Shown piece by piece: positions 19,160-29,787 of a stretch of DNA of 54,914 bases; positions within the stretch are counted from its first letter, which is position 1, and every line of letters starts with the position of its first letter. The DNA comes from Pseudomonadota bacterium (GTDB taxonomy: Bacteria > Bdellovibrionota_C > UBA2361 > OMII01), in the NCBI GenBank assembly GCA_027485595.1, contig JAIXQT010000048.1:1-54914 (forward strand), written 5' to 3'. Both the position numbers and the translations under genes were made by a program. The notes beneath the pieces were generated by a model. The model did no database searches. It was given only the letters and a program-made list of their open reading frames with translations, and was not told where the DNA came from.

Positions 19160-20254
19160 GTGGCTGTTGCCCCTTTGTCGGAAACCGCCATGCGACCGAA
19201 GGTGCGTTGTCTAGTATATCTTTTATATGTTGCCGGGGTGGTGGAGATCGCTCTTCGCATCATAGCACCCGAAATCCCCAATTTTGTAGGTAGATTTCAC
19301 TCAGATACCTGGTACCGACTGGAGTTAATTCGCTCCGCCTCCAATAGCGCAAGGCGTAGCGAGCTACAATCGGGTGTTTTTGGAAGGGGTCAATATCATC
19401 CAATTCTTGGTTGGTCGCTGCGACCCGGACTTGCTGAGGAACAAGTACCCGGAAGATATTCAGTTACCACCAATTCACGAGGCTTGAGAGGGAGTGTCGA
19501 GTACCCCTACGAGAGAAATCCAATCACAAAGAGAATAGTAGCAATTGGAGATTCGTTTACCTTCGGCGATGAGGTGAGCGATGGCGAGAGCTACCCGGCG
19601 CAGCTCGCAACTATGATGCCTTCAACAGAGGTCATAAATTCGGGGGTCAACGGATATGGACATGACCAGATACTTCTATCTCTCAAGCATGAGACGAGGA
19701 AGTATTCGCCCGATATAATAGTTCTCGGTTTTGTCGAGAGCGACATGTCGCGAAACCTGTTGCGAATGATGCATTATCCAAAGCCGAAATATGAGTTTTC
19801 TTCTGGGGCCTTGAAATTGATTAATATACCAGTTCCGACGTTCGCGGCTCTCTACGATCAGGAGGTATACAGGTCAAAGATTCTTGACGTAATCCGGCTT
19901 ATCCAGGACTCGGTCAGATTGAAATACTTCAGCACCGCGTACAGGGAGGAGCGCAATGAAATAACGGCAAGGATTTTAGATGAGATGGTTCAAGAAATAC
20001 GGGAAGTCGGCGCAAAGCCGGTTTTTGTCTATATTTTTACGCCGGCGTCCATCCCCCACATGCGGCGTACGTCAAAGCTGGCATCCGAGGATTTTTTTCA
20101 TAGCTTTTGCAATACCCGCCAAGTTAAGTGTATTTCCACCCGGCCATACTTTGAGGGAGCACTAGCGATGGGCACCCAATTAAAGCAGGAGGGGCATTGG
20201 GATGTCGTAGGCAACCGGATTATTGCTCAGGCTGTCTACGAAACTCTTCGCTGA
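19160..20254 (+). CDS. SGNH/GDSL hydrolase-fold protein (putative polysaccharide O-acetyltransferase/esterase)
   Basis: N-terminal TM; TNSRGLRG, IVAIGDSFTFG, VINSGVNGYG and C-terminal EGHW..GN motifs. Confidence 0.85.
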   Translation: MAVAPLSETAMRPKVRCLVYLLYVAGVVEIALRIIAPEIPNFVGRFHSDTWYRLELIRSASNSARRSELQSGVFGRGQYHPILGWSLRPGLAEEQVPGRYSVTTNSRGLRGSVEYPYERNPITKRIVAIGDSFTFGDEVSDGESYPAQLATMMPSTEVINSGVNGYGHDQILLSLKHETRKYSPDIIVLGFVESDMSRNLLRMMHYPKPKYEFSSGALKLINIPVPTFAALYDQEVYRSKILDVIRLIQDSVRLKYFSTAYREERNEITARILDEMVQEIREVGAKPVFVYIFTPASIPHMRRTSKLASEDFFHSFCNTRQVKCISTRPYFEGALAMGTQLKQEGHWDVVGNRIIAQAVYETLR

Positions 20255-20443
20255 CCCCTTACAAGCAGCAGACGGCATCACTACAATCATATATGCGCTA
20301 AGTTGGCAGCTGAACCCGCCCCGCCGCCCTCAACTTTAACGAGGGGCCCACAATACGCTGATAAAATTGACCAGCCATCTTACCCGTAGTAGAAAGAATG
20401 CCGGGCGTGCCCATTATATAGCCATTATCAGAGTGGAGAGGTC

Positions 20444-20626
20444 ATGCGAAAGAATTGGAGAGAACTTATTTGTAGCGAGCGTGGCGTAAGCCTCGTTGAG
20501 TATGCTCTGCTCGTAGCCCTCATCGCACTCCTCGTTTTTGTCGGCGTTCGCACCTTGGGGCTGACCGTTTCTCGACAACTCGGTTCTGTCGGTACAGCTA
20601 TTCAAGGGGCCCCCGAACCATATTAA
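20444..20626 (+). CDS. flp: Flp family type IVb pilin
   Basis: 60 aa; ERG/VSLVEYALLVALIAL prepilin cleavage and Flp motif; GGAGAGG RBS. Confidence 0.9.
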   Translation: MRKNWRELICSERGVSLVEYALLVALIALLVFVGVRTLGLTVSRQLGSVGTAIQGAPEPY

Positions 20627-20730
20627 TCCCCCGCATACGCGCCGAAGATTGGGGGAGTGCTCGGCTATATTTTATGACTCCTCAAAAAACGCACTGCAAC
20701 ACTTTCTTCTTTTACGGGTAAAGAGCCTCC

Positions 20731-21948
20731 ATGGGCGCGCTACCAACCGCCACTTCTCTACAGGGTACTGAGCCTAGACCTATACCAAGAGTTGTCATGG
20801 TGGCCGCCACGCCATTCTTTGCGGATAGGGGCTGTCACATCCGGATATACAACGAAATTAAGTATCTTCAGAGATTGGGATACGACGTCGAGTTGATTAC
20901 GTACCACGTGGGACGTAACCTGGGAGAGGTCAAAGCCCATCGAATTTCAACTTGCACGCGTTACGCTAATTTTCTGCCTGGCGCGTCATGGCACAAGATA
21001 TATTTAGATTTTCTCCTTCTGATAAAGGTAGTGACCCACTTCATAAAGAGACCACCAGCGATAATTCATGCGCACCTGTATGAGGGACTCCTTGTGGCGT
21101 GGATCGCAAAAATTGTGACCCTATCAAAAGCACCAATAATTTTTGATTGTCAGGGCAGTCTTGCAGACGAGATGTACAGCTATCACCTGACAAAGTATCC
21201 CGGGAGCCGAGCCCTTTATACGCTTTTTTGCTTCCTAGAGCGGCTCTTGCTCTTACTGCCTCATTTTATTTTATGCAGCTCACAGCGTAGCCAATCTACC
21301 CTCACTAGTCGGTATGGAACTGATGCCGAAAAGATGTCGCTAGTGCCCGACGGATTCGATCCTGAGCTAACCCTCAGCACTAAGGATTCCGACGTAATCA
21401 AGCTACGGCGATCCATCGGGGTCCCAGATGAAAACTTTGTGGTTCTCTACAGTGGAACGCTCTCGCGCGCAAAGGGCGTTCACCACCTTCTGGACCTTGT
21501 GCCCCAGGCTGTTAAAGCAAATGAGCGGATAACTTTTATTTTTATAGGTTACGGAGATTTGCTGGACGAGTATCGGAACGCCCTATCTCTGTATGTGCAA
21601 ACAGGTAACGTAATATTCACAGGACAGATATCATACTTCGATCTACCTACATACTTTTCTATAGCGGCTCTGGCTGTTGACCCCAAACACTCCAGCACGG
21701 AGTCTTCCGCTAAAATGACCCTTTACCTTTCTGCTTCCTTACCTGTCGTTTGCCTAGAAAGCCCGAACCAAGATCTCGAGCCTTATGTTACGAAGCTGAG
21801 CTCGATGGACGAAATACTGCCATTAATCCGTGCGGGGGCCTTACCTAAGGAGCCCAGAAGAACCTTCAATCTCACCTCCTATTCCTGGGAAGTTTTGGCA
21901 GAGAAAATTTCAACTACGTATCTAAAACTACTTCGGAAAACTACCTAA
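20731..21948 (+). CDS. Glycosyltransferase family 4 (GT-B)
   Basis: TPFFADRGCHIRI, IIHAHLYEG, VLYSGTLSRAKGV and YSWE motifs. Confidence 0.9.
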   Translation: MGALPTATSLQGTEPRPIPRVVMVAATPFFADRGCHIRIYNEIKYLQRLGYDVELITYHVGRNLGEVKAHRISTCTRYANFLPGASWHKIYLDFLLLIKVVTHFIKRPPAIIHAHLYEGLLVAWIAKIVTLSKAPIIFDCQGSLADEMYSYHLTKYPGSRALYTLFCFLERLLLLLPHFILCSSQRSQSTLTSRYGTDAEKMSLVPDGFDPELTLSTKDSDVIKLRRSIGVPDENFVVLYSGTLSRAKGVHHLLDLVPQAVKANERITFIFIGYGDLLDEYRNALSLYVQTGNVIFTGQISYFDLPTYFSIAALAVDPKHSSTESSAKMTLYLSASLPVVCLESPNQDLEPYVTKLSSMDEILPLIRAGALPKEPRRTFNLTSYSWEVLAEKISTTYLKLLRKTT

Positions 21949-21971
21949 TTCCCAAGAGAAAGCTGTTTCGT

Positions 21972-23531
21972 CTACGACATTTTTCTAACGAAGATAGAAA
22001 CGTAGTCGTCTTTAAACTCCTCCGAGTAGCTTTTGTGCACCTCTGCCTCCACAGTCTTCCACAGAGACAATCGAGTGTGATGATCCAAAACCACAACGTC
22101 GGGAGGATGGAGCACAAATTCAGCTAAAATGTCGGCGCGAGAAGGGCCTCCATACATCTGGTAGACCATACTGTCTCGCTCATATGCCATAGGACGAGTG
22201 AGTGTGAGAAATTGGTCAAGATTATTTTCAGTCGCAAATACCAAATTCCCGGCAAGTAAGGTGGAGCTGGATGTCACGGCGCGCTTTACCACTTCATTAG
22301 CTCTTGAAAAGCTGGCGCCTGGTATACCACTTCCGATAAGCCCTCCTAGTGTGGATGTGTGCAAGCTGGTACGTCGGATATCGCTCGGCATACGGACTTG
22401 AAGGTACGGCAGGCTTGAGGTTATCAAGACAACCATCATTAAGGCGCGCGTGTAATACCTCTGAAATAACGAGGAAGTCGAGAAGGTTGACAGTGAAAAT
22501 GCGAGAACACATAGGATCGGTATAAATTCAGATCCATAGGAGAGGAAAAAAGCCCTTTTCGTTGCGTAGTATAGGTAGAAGAGCGAAACGCTCGCCAACC
22601 AGCACAGTTCAGGATAGGTGGTGCATACTTTTGATGGATTCTTACGTTGAAGAAACAATGGAGCAATAAGCGGCGCCAGGCATAGAAGGAAAAATTTCAC
22701 CATCACGGTAGAATCAACCACTGCCTCTTTGACTTTAACGTGCGCAATTCCGAACAGCAACATGACGGCTTGTTTGAGGCCAATGTAGGACCCGAAATAT
22801 CCTAACACCACCGCCGAGACAGCAAGCCCTCCTAAAGAGATCATGACAAGCGTTTTCCACCGCCTTGAGAGGACAAGGTACGCACATAGAGTCGCGATAA
22901 AAATACAATTTATCTCTCGTGCAAAAACAGAGGCGGCCATAAGCGCGCCCGCAAAAGCCTGATTAGCGTTTTTCGCGGACCGAATGAAGTAACATGCGGC
23001 TACAACACATAGAATGCTGATATTGGTGGTATTTACCACCGCTTTTGTAAGAAAAAAGGCGGGGTTTAAGAAGCAGGCAAGGCTCGCAAGTGCTGCGATG
23101 CGAGGCTCTTGATAAAGTCGTACTATCTTATAGACAAAGAATAATGTGCCACATACAAGAAGGAGATTAATCGACTTCAGTGCGACCAAGCTACTTCCGA
23201 AAAACTTAAAAAACCCCACCAGCATAAAGATTAGGGTGGGAGCTCTGCTTACAAAATCCCGAAGGGGAACAAACCCTCGGTCAATAAGCTGTGCCTCATA
23301 GATGTAGCTGCCTTCGTCGTTACCAACATACGAGAAGGACAGGCGGACAAATAGGTACAAGGCCGTGGCTGCTGTGAGGCCAGCGGTGACATATATTGAG
23401 AAGTCGATCCGTCTTTCGTACTTTTCTAGGAAGGCGAACACCGCCCCTGGTAGGAGTCGTTTGTGAAGCAGCGTCGCCACGAAAGCTCCGACACCAAGAG
23501 AGATTAGATTCGCCCAATAAATCATTTGCAT
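21972..23531 (-). CDS. GT-C fold glycosyltransferase (ArnT/PMT-like), multi-TM
   Basis: NDEGSYIYEA..G.VPLRDF..RAP loop after the first TM; many TM segments; C-terminal PDVVVLD domain. Confidence 0.8.
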   Translation of the reverse strand: MQMIYWANLISLGVGAFVATLLHKRLLPGAVFAFLEKYERRIDFSIYVTAGLTAATALYLFVRLSFSYVGNDEGSYIYEAQLIDRGFVPLRDFVSRAPTLIFMLVGFFKFFGSSLVALKSINLLLVCGTLFFVYKIVRLYQEPRIAALASLACFLNPAFFLTKAVVNTTNISILCVVAACYFIRSAKNANQAFAGALMAASVFAREINCIFIATLCAYLVLSRRWKTLVMISLGGLAVSAVVLGYFGSYIGLKQAVMLLFGIAHVKVKEAVVDSTVMVKFFLLCLAPLIAPLFLQRKNPSKVCTTYPELCWLASVSLFYLYYATKRAFFLSYGSEFIPILCVLAFSLSTFSTSSLFQRYYTRALMMVVLITSSLPYLQVRMPSDIRRTSLHTSTLGGLIGSGIPGASFSRANEVVKRAVTSSSTLLAGNLVFATENNLDQFLTLTRPMAYERDSMVYQMYGGPSRADILAEFVLHPPDVVVLDHHTRLSLWKTVEAEVHKSYSEEFKDDYVSIFVRKMS

Positions 23532-24254
23532 AAGTCACCTTCCACTGTGAAACACTTCTACGCAGAAGTTGAATTTGAGACACTATATCGGGTGGGAGGG
23601 GCTAAGTTCAACCGGACAAAGAATTGCTATACGTAAAGAAAGAGGGGGGTTGGCTGGTTATGATCAGAAAAGCTACGCCTCTCCCTTGACCGAATGCCAC
23701 CCGAGCTCCACTACCCTATTCATAAGGCTCTTTATTGCCGCGTAGAATGGGCAAATCGGCCCTTGGTCCGCACTATGCCTCATGTTCTCAAATACATCGC
23801 TTGACCTGACGACTTGACCGGCCATCAGGTATCGCAATGGTCTTGGAGCCCGTTTAAATGTCTCAGCTCCAACGCTGAGCCCGCCACGGTCGGCACACTC
23901 TGCCGAGGATGTGTTAAGAGTAGTCGTGTCCGCGGAGAGCAACGACGACTCTCTGCTCTCAATCGAGTCTGCGCGGATTCCTTGAGGGACAATCTCCCGT
24001 ACAGAGCTGTTACCAGCTAGCAGTTCACATTATTCGCCCTCTGCACCTGTTTTGGCGTATCACTAATGATAATCTCAACTACAGCTCGAAAACCCAGAGT
24101 ATACGCCTCAACTGCTCTAGCCTCGCTGCCGTTCAGTGTCTAAGTAATCGAAACGCACAAGCGGGGAGCCCTGCGCATCTTCACGACTTCTTCTACCACG
24201 CTGACAAATGGTATCCGAGGGAGCTCTTTCGAATCTCAACTGGAATTCGGCTGC

Positions 24255-24950
24255 TTACTCCATGTAGTAGCTTACACGAGTAACGACTCGCACCCGTTTC
24301 TGCACTGTCCCCGCGTCATCGTAATCGAGCCCAGGAGCGCTAATCGTAAAGAGCCCCTGTGAAGCGGATTTTATACCCCCAAGCTTGGCGCCAGAATCCC
24401 GAGCGAAGCTCTCGGCGGCCTCACGAGCACCCTTTGTCGCTGTGACGAGCATCGCGGGTTTTAAAGTATTGAGGTCAGTAAAGGTATACTTCGGATACAC
24501 CGTCTCAAGAATAACCCCTTTTGCGAGTAGCTGGTCCGACTTTTGCGAGAGATCCTGAACCTTGGCTACCTCATTCGTGAATATCTGCACGCCGGTGCGT
24601 GCGGTGTAGCGCCCCATCTGGTTGGCTTCATAGGATGTTCGGTTTTGTGCGTTATCGAGAATGACGACTGGCACTCTCTGTATTGATTTCACGGGAACAC
24701 CTTGCGCCACAAGGAACTCCTCGATCGCCTTTTGATTCGCCTCAACCTGGGGGCTTAGCTCTTTGATAGTAGCGGCTGTAACCGCAAACCGAAGATCGAG
24801 TGTCGCCTCATTCGCGGTGACGATTCGCTCATCGAGCCCCCGCACCTCCACCACCTGATCCATCTTTCGAAAGGTGATGATCCCGTTTCCGACAAACCAA
24901 CCACCGATTGCGATACCGAGCGCGAGAACTACCGAGTGAATGAGTTTCAT
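24255..24950 (-). CDS. SIMPL (DUF541) domain protein
   Basis: VEVRGLDERIV.A, YTFTDLNTLKPAML..AT..AREAAE.FA.DSG.KLG.IKSASQGLFTI, KRVRVVT; ATG 24950 has a GAAGG RBS. Confidence 0.88.
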   Translation of the reverse strand: MKLIHSVVLALGIAIGGWFVGNGIITFRKMDQVVEVRGLDERIVTANEATLDLRFAVTAATIKELSPQVEANQKAIEEFLVAQGVPVKSIQRVPVVILDNAQNRTSYEANQMGRYTARTGVQIFTNEVAKVQDLSQKSDQLLAKGVILETVYPKYTFTDLNTLKPAMLVTATKGAREAAESFARDSGAKLGGIKSASQGLFTISAPGLDYDDAGTVQKRVRVVTRVSYYME

Positions 24951-25087
24951 AGAGGTCACCTTCCGTACGAGAGAGACGAATGACACGATCGCATATTCAG
25001 GGGTGCAAGCGCCATTTATTAAAGTGAAGGAAAGGGAGGGAGAGAACTCTTTGAAAAACATCAAAAAGAACCTCCGCTCCGTTTTGG

Positions 25088-26416
25088 TCACACGATCAAG
25101 CCAGCGATGATAGCTGTCATGAACGTGCTACAGGTGCCGCCAACGAGTGCCAAAAGGCCCAAGCGAGCGATATCACCACGGCGATTCGGCATAAGCGCAC
25201 CCATGCCGCCGACTAATACCCCGATCGATCCGATGTTAGCAAAGCCACACAGAGCATAGCTCAGGATAATCTTCGTGCGTTCGGTCAGTTCCTGTACGGG
25301 CACTCCGTCCATGAGAGGTTTCCCGTGTAGGTAATCCCCCATATGAGCGTAGGCAACGAACTCGTTTAAGATCGTCTTCTCCCCCAAGAGCTTTCCAGCA
25401 ACCATGCAATCCTGTGATGGAATGCCTAGCAGCCACGCAACAGGCGCGAAGACGTATCCCAGAAGCTCTTGGAAGGTATCGATGTGATTAAGGCTATACC
25501 CCGTCATATTGGCTGCCCAGTGACAGAGCCAACCCCACATCGAGTTTCCTAGAGCCACCAATGCGATTGCGCACAGGAGCTGCGCCGCGATGTTGAGAGC
25601 AAGGGTCAAGCCCTCACTCGCTCCACGCGTCGCGGCATCGATCACGTTCGCGTCGATACGCACGAAGTGCGCGTCGATATTGCCGGCCGTTTCCGGAACC
25701 TCTTCCTCGGGAAGGAGAATCTTTGCCAACACCAGGGACGCTGGCGCTGACATGATACTTCCTGCGATGAGGTGTCCGGCGATATCCGGAAATGTGTCGG
25801 ACAGCATACTCACGTACGCCGCCAACACTCCTCCGGCGATGTTCGCCATTCCTCCAATCATCACAGCGAGGATCTCGCTGCGTGTCATCTTCTCTAAGTA
25901 AGGCCTGATAAGAAGCGGAGCTTCCGTCTGCCCAACGAAGATATTAGCCGCCGCCGACAGTGACTCAGCGCCACTTGTCTTAAGCGTCTTCTTCATCAGG
26001 AGAGCCATCCAATACACGATGCGATGCATAAGACCGACGTGGTATAGGATAGCCATCAAACACGAGAAGAAGATGACTGAGGGAAGGACCGCAAACGCGA
26101 AAGACGCACCCAACCGGATAAGACCTCCGGTTTTCGTGTCTTGCGCGTCCGTGACCGAAATCGACTGCTCCGTGAGACCACCAAAGAGAAAGCTCGCGCC
26201 CTCCTTGGACTGACTCATAAGCGCGTCGAATCCGTCGTTTAAATAGTCGAAGGTCGCTCTGCCAGGAACGGTCTTCAACACGATACATGCAAGAATGAGT
26301 TGGATGCCGATGCCGTAGGCTACGAGCTTCCAATCGATCTTGCTACGATTCCGTGAGAGGCCATAGCAAAACGCTATGACCGCGCACAGACCTACTAGTC
26401 CGATGTACTGGTTCAT
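25088..26416 (-). CDS. nupC: Concentrative nucleoside transporter, NupC/CNT family
   Basis: FAFAVLPSVIFFS, SGAESLSAAANIFVGQTEAPLLIRPYL, ILNEFVAY and YALCGFAN motifs. Confidence 0.93.
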   Translation of the reverse strand: MNQYIGLVGLCAVIAFCYGLSRNRSKIDWKLVAYGIGIQLILACIVLKTVPGRATFDYLNDGFDALMSQSKEGASFLFGGLTEQSISVTDAQDTKTGGLIRLGASFAFAVLPSVIFFSCLMAILYHVGLMHRIVYWMALLMKKTLKTSGAESLSAAANIFVGQTEAPLLIRPYLEKMTRSEILAVMIGGMANIAGGVLAAYVSMLSDTFPDIAGHLIAGSIMSAPASLVLAKILLPEEEVPETAGNIDAHFVRIDANVIDAATRGASEGLTLALNIAAQLLCAIALVALGNSMWGWLCHWAANMTGYSLNHIDTFQELLGYVFAPVAWLLGIPSQDCMVAGKLLGEKTILNEFVAYAHMGDYLHGKPLMDGVPVQELTERTKIILSYALCGFANIGSIGVLVGGMGALMPNRRGDIARLGLLALVGGTCSTFMTAIIAGLIV

Positions 26417-26696
26417 GTGTGTAACGGGTTTTCTTTCTATTGTTCTGCTTCTTCCACACCGCTCCGGGCGATGGGGAGTTCGCACAAAACCTTTTTGTTG
26501 AGTTCTCTACCCGTATGAAATTGTGGCTATGAGATCGTCCTCCTGGAGCGACTCATGGAGTAGAACTATAGGGGAGCGCGCCCCACTTATGCTAGCAAAC
26601 GCCAGAGGGAGACCGCCGCCGCGCGGAGTATCCTGGCATTATCGAATTGCATGAGGCTGTTTCTGCCGTTTTCTGACTATTAGGGAGGGTGGCTAC

Positions 26697-28172
26697 TTAC
26701 CGACCGAACCGGTCAGTAAGCGCGTTTTCCAGGGACTGAGGCAGCCCACCGAAGGAGCCGTTTGACATCACCACGATGACGTCGTTGGTTCCGAGGTGCG
26801 CGAGAAGAAACTCTTCAATCGCCTTTGGATCGGGGAGAACACGTGATGACGTGCCCCCCTCCCCTATCTTGGCGCTCAACGTCTCAACATCAAGCAACTC
26901 CTGATTAGCGTCGATCTCGCGCGAGGCAACCTGACACAGCACCACTTCATCTGCGCTCTTAAAGGCAGAGACGTACGGATCCTGAAATACCTTACGGCGA
27001 CTCGTATTCGAGCGAGGCTCAAATATACCCCATATCTTTCTGCCGCGAAAAGCTTCTCGAATACCTGAGAGCGTTTCGCGAACCGCTGTTGGATGATGTG
27101 CGAAATCCTCGATAAGCGTTAGTCCGTGTTTATCGTACCGCACCTCTTGTCGACGCTTTACAGATTTAAAGGAAGCGACCGCTTCAGATGCCTTCTCAAG
27201 GGAATAGCCACCCATCATCGCAACGATAACCGCGACAAGAGCGTTTTTCGCGTTGTACACACCGGTCATCGGAATCGAAAAGGTGAACTCGCCGTGTGTT
27301 TCACTGCGGGCAGTAACGCGTTGAGAGAGGCCAACCTGCTCTCGTCGAACGATTGCGATATCAGCATCAGGGGAGCTTCCGAACGTTACAAGCCGACTCG
27401 CGACCTTGCCCCTTAGTTCCTCCACAAGATTCTTCACATGTGGATAATCGACACAGCACAGCACGATACCGTGCGGCGGCATCTTCATTACCATCTCGCG
27501 AAACACAGAGATGATACTCTCCACATTCGGATAGATATCTGCGTGATCATACTCGATAGCGTTAATGACGCAGATTTCGGGATGATAGAACGCGAACTTC
27601 GGCACCTTCGCGAAAAAGGCGCTGTCATACTCATCGCCCTCGACAACGCTGTACGCACCGCTACCGCGCGCGAGGCTCATCGGAAGGTCCTGCGCTATTC
27701 CGCCTACAAAATAGCTCGGGTCTCCCCCTAACTTTAAAAGTGTCGATGCGACGAGAGCCGTCGTTGTTGATTTACCGTGCGTACCGGTCACAACGATGGA
27801 GCGTTTCCCCTCGATAATCGTCTCATGCAACATCCGTGGGAAGCAGGTATAGGGTAGATTTCGCTCCTCAACGACCGTTACCTCAACGTTCTCGTAGCTC
27901 ACGGCGTTACCGATAACCACGAGGTCAACCAACGCGGGAACGTTCGTAGCAGCATAGCCCTTAAACAGGGTGACCGATGAATTCCGCAAAAAGCTCCCCA
28001 TCGGCTCATAGAAGTCCTTGTCACTTCCCGAAACGAGGAACCCCTGCTTGGTCAGCTCAACAGCGAGCTGCGCCATCGCAACGCCGGCGACCCCGATGAC
28101 GTGAATCCTGCTGCCTTTTGGAAGGGAGGAAAGGGAGGTGACATTGTCGATTGAGAAGTGGCTTTTCGGCAT
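26697..28172 (-). CDS. mpl: Murein peptide ligase (UDP-MurNAc:L-Ala-D-Glu-mDAP ligase)
   Basis: IHVIGVAGVAM, VTGTHGKSTT, VVEGDEYDSAFF.K.PKF, IEYDHADIY, EDFAHHPTA, FEPRSNT, MSNGSFGG. Confidence 0.92.
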   Translation of the reverse strand: MPKSHFSIDNVTSLSSLPKGSRIHVIGVAGVAMAQLAVELTKQGFLVSGSDKDFYEPMGSFLRNSSVTLFKGYAATNVPALVDLVVIGNAVSYENVEVTVVEERNLPYTCFPRMLHETIIEGKRSIVVTGTHGKSTTTALVASTLLKLGGDPSYFVGGIAQDLPMSLARGSGAYSVVEGDEYDSAFFAKVPKFAFYHPEICVINAIEYDHADIYPNVESIISVFREMVMKMPPHGIVLCCVDYPHVKNLVEELRGKVASRLVTFGSSPDADIAIVRREQVGLSQRVTARSETHGEFTFSIPMTGVYNAKNALVAVIVAMMGGYSLEKASEAVASFKSVKRRQEVRYDKHGLTLIEDFAHHPTAVRETLSGIREAFRGRKIWGIFEPRSNTSRRKVFQDPYVSAFKSADEVVLCQVASREIDANQELLDVETLSAKIGEGGTSSRVLPDPKAIEEFLLAHLGTNDVIVVMSNGSFGGLPQSLENALTDRFGR

Positions 28173-28181
28173 AGTACCTTC

Positions 28182-28577
28182 CTACCACTTCAAGCGCTTG
28201 GCTATTTCGGAAATATCTTTGACCTGAGCGTAGGTGCCGCGAGCCTCGTTAACCTTGTGCATCACCTGATCCTTGAGGTTGGGGTTGTAATGAACCACCC
28301 CATAACCAATACCCGCGACAACCCCGATAAGAAGCACGCAGACCAGGGTAACCTGTCGCAAGGCCGCTGATGCCGAGACAAAGAGTGCATACGGAACGCT
28401 CCCCACGATAGTGAAAACGAGGAGCGCAAAAAGCCACAGAATCTTTCCACCGCGACCGAGGAGTGATGTGCCACACACCTCTACAAAAGCCCATATCGGC
28501 TGTACCAATAGGATAAAGAGAAGGGTCGGAACTAGGACAAGAGCGCACCCCGCCAGGATGATAAGGGCTGTGGTCAT
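28182..28577 (-). CDS. Hypothetical membrane protein (PLDc_N-like TM hairpin)
   Basis: Several hydrophobic segments, KILWLFALLVFTIVGSVPY; AAGGAG RBS before ATG 28577. Confidence 0.6.
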   Translation of the reverse strand: MTTALIILAGCALVLVPTLLFILLVQPIWAFVEVCGTSLLGRGGKILWLFALLVFTIVGSVPYALFVSASAALRQVTLVCVLLIGVVAGIGYGVVHYNPNLKDQVMHKVNEARGTYAQVKDISEIAKRLKW

Positions 28578-28802
28578 ATGAGACTCCTTCTCGCGTAAGG
28601 GATATAGCGAAAATACTAGCGCATATGAGCCGAAGAGGAAAAGTCGGTGTTGTATCGACACAAACAGCCCGAGTACAAGGGGGTTGAGCACCTCATGAGC
28701 TCCCAATCCTCTTTCAACAGAGGTCTGTCACACTTCGTGTTTCCGACGCGGAGAGCCGACCTGACCGACCTTGCGTAGTTTCCGTACCAACCCTTCTACG
28801 GT

Positions 28803-29309
28803 ATGATCATCGGCATGAACACCCTCGTTGGCATCGTTTCTGACACCCATGAAGACGTCCGAATGATCGTGAAGGCGGTGAAGGTTTTCAAAGAACGCTC
28901 GCCTTCACTCATTATTCACTGTGGTGATATTATATCGCCTCCGGTGCTGGAGCGGTTCGCGGGACTCCCGCTCAAGCTCGTTTTCGGAAACAACGATGGA
29001 GAGCGCTCAGGATTAAAGAAGAAGTGCGGAGAGCTCGGATTCTCCGAGATAGATGACACCCTCATTTTTGAGCACGCGGGTAAGATATTTTTCGTAAACC
29101 ACGGAACGAGCGCTCGTGTAATCGACGAGGCGGTGACCACTCAACAGTATGATTATGTGCTGCATGGGCACACGCACATCCCGAGAGATGAAGTGATAGG
29201 ACGGACGAGAGTTATCAACCCCGGAGCGCTTTTTTCGGCCGACAGCTACACTATCGCGTTCCTACAACCGGAGACCGGTGTGGTTGAGTTCGTTGAGCTT
29301 CCAGAGTAA
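28803..29309 (+). CDS. Metallophosphoesterase, YfcE/MJ0936 family
   Basis: SDTH, IHCGD, FGNND, HG, HGHTH and INPG motifs. Confidence 0.92.
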   Translation: MIIGMNTLVGIVSDTHEDVRMIVKAVKVFKERSPSLIIHCGDIISPPVLERFAGLPLKLVFGNNDGERSGLKKKCGELGFSEIDDTLIFEHAGKIFFVNHGTSARVIDEAVTTQQYDYVLHGHTHIPRDEVIGRTRVINPGALFSADSYTIAFLQPETGVVEFVELPE

Positions 29310-29320
29310 GTACGTCCCCA

Positions 29321-29364
29321 TATAGCAAAGCGGCGTCTGGGTTTCCCCACACGCCGCTTCTATA
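29321..29364. terminator. Hairpin between convergent genes; probable bidirectional terminator
   Basis: AAGCGGCGT (29328-29336) pairs with ACGCCGCTT (29351-29359), extended by TATAG/CTATA. Confidence 0.6.
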
Positions 29365-29382
29365 ATCAGCAACTTTTTTCTA

Positions 29383-29769
29383 TTAGTGATGCGCCGAAGC
29401 TTTCGGAGCCGCTGGTGCCGATTCCTGTTGTCCTTGAGCGCCGAATGGAAGCGGATGAGAACGGAACGGATCGTCAGTAAAGATGCCGCCGATCATGATC
29501 GCAAGCAGGATGAAAGGTATCAGGATGTAGGTCCAAATGATCCGGTTCTCGTATTTGCCGTGCATGAAGATAGCGATAACAAGGCTCGCCTTCACTGATG
29601 CGATTACGAGGGCGCCTACGATATTCCACTTTCCAAGGTCGACTTGAGCGGCGAGCACCGTGATTACGGTGAGCACAAGAAGAGCTATGAGAACCTTGAG
29701 GAAGGTGCTCTCAGGAACTACGTGACCGATCTCCTCGTGGCCGTGCGAATGTGAGTTTGAATGTGCCAT
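29383..29769 (-). CDS. ctaF: Cytochrome c oxidase subunit IV
   Basis: LIALLVLTVITV, IASVKASLVIAIFMH; last gene of the cox operon. Confidence 0.9.
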   Translation of the reverse strand: MAHSNSHSHGHEEIGHVVPESTFLKVLIALLVLTVITVLAAQVDLGKWNIVGALVIASVKASLVIAIFMHGKYENRIIWTYILIPFILLAIMIGGIFTDDPFRSHPLPFGAQGQQESAPAAPKASAHH

Positions 29770-29787
29770 GTCTTAAATCTCCTAGTG

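Noticed and set aside
23600-24250. Short ORFs 23673..23942 and 23814..24020, or an ncRNA
   Set aside because: No motif or convincing structure seen
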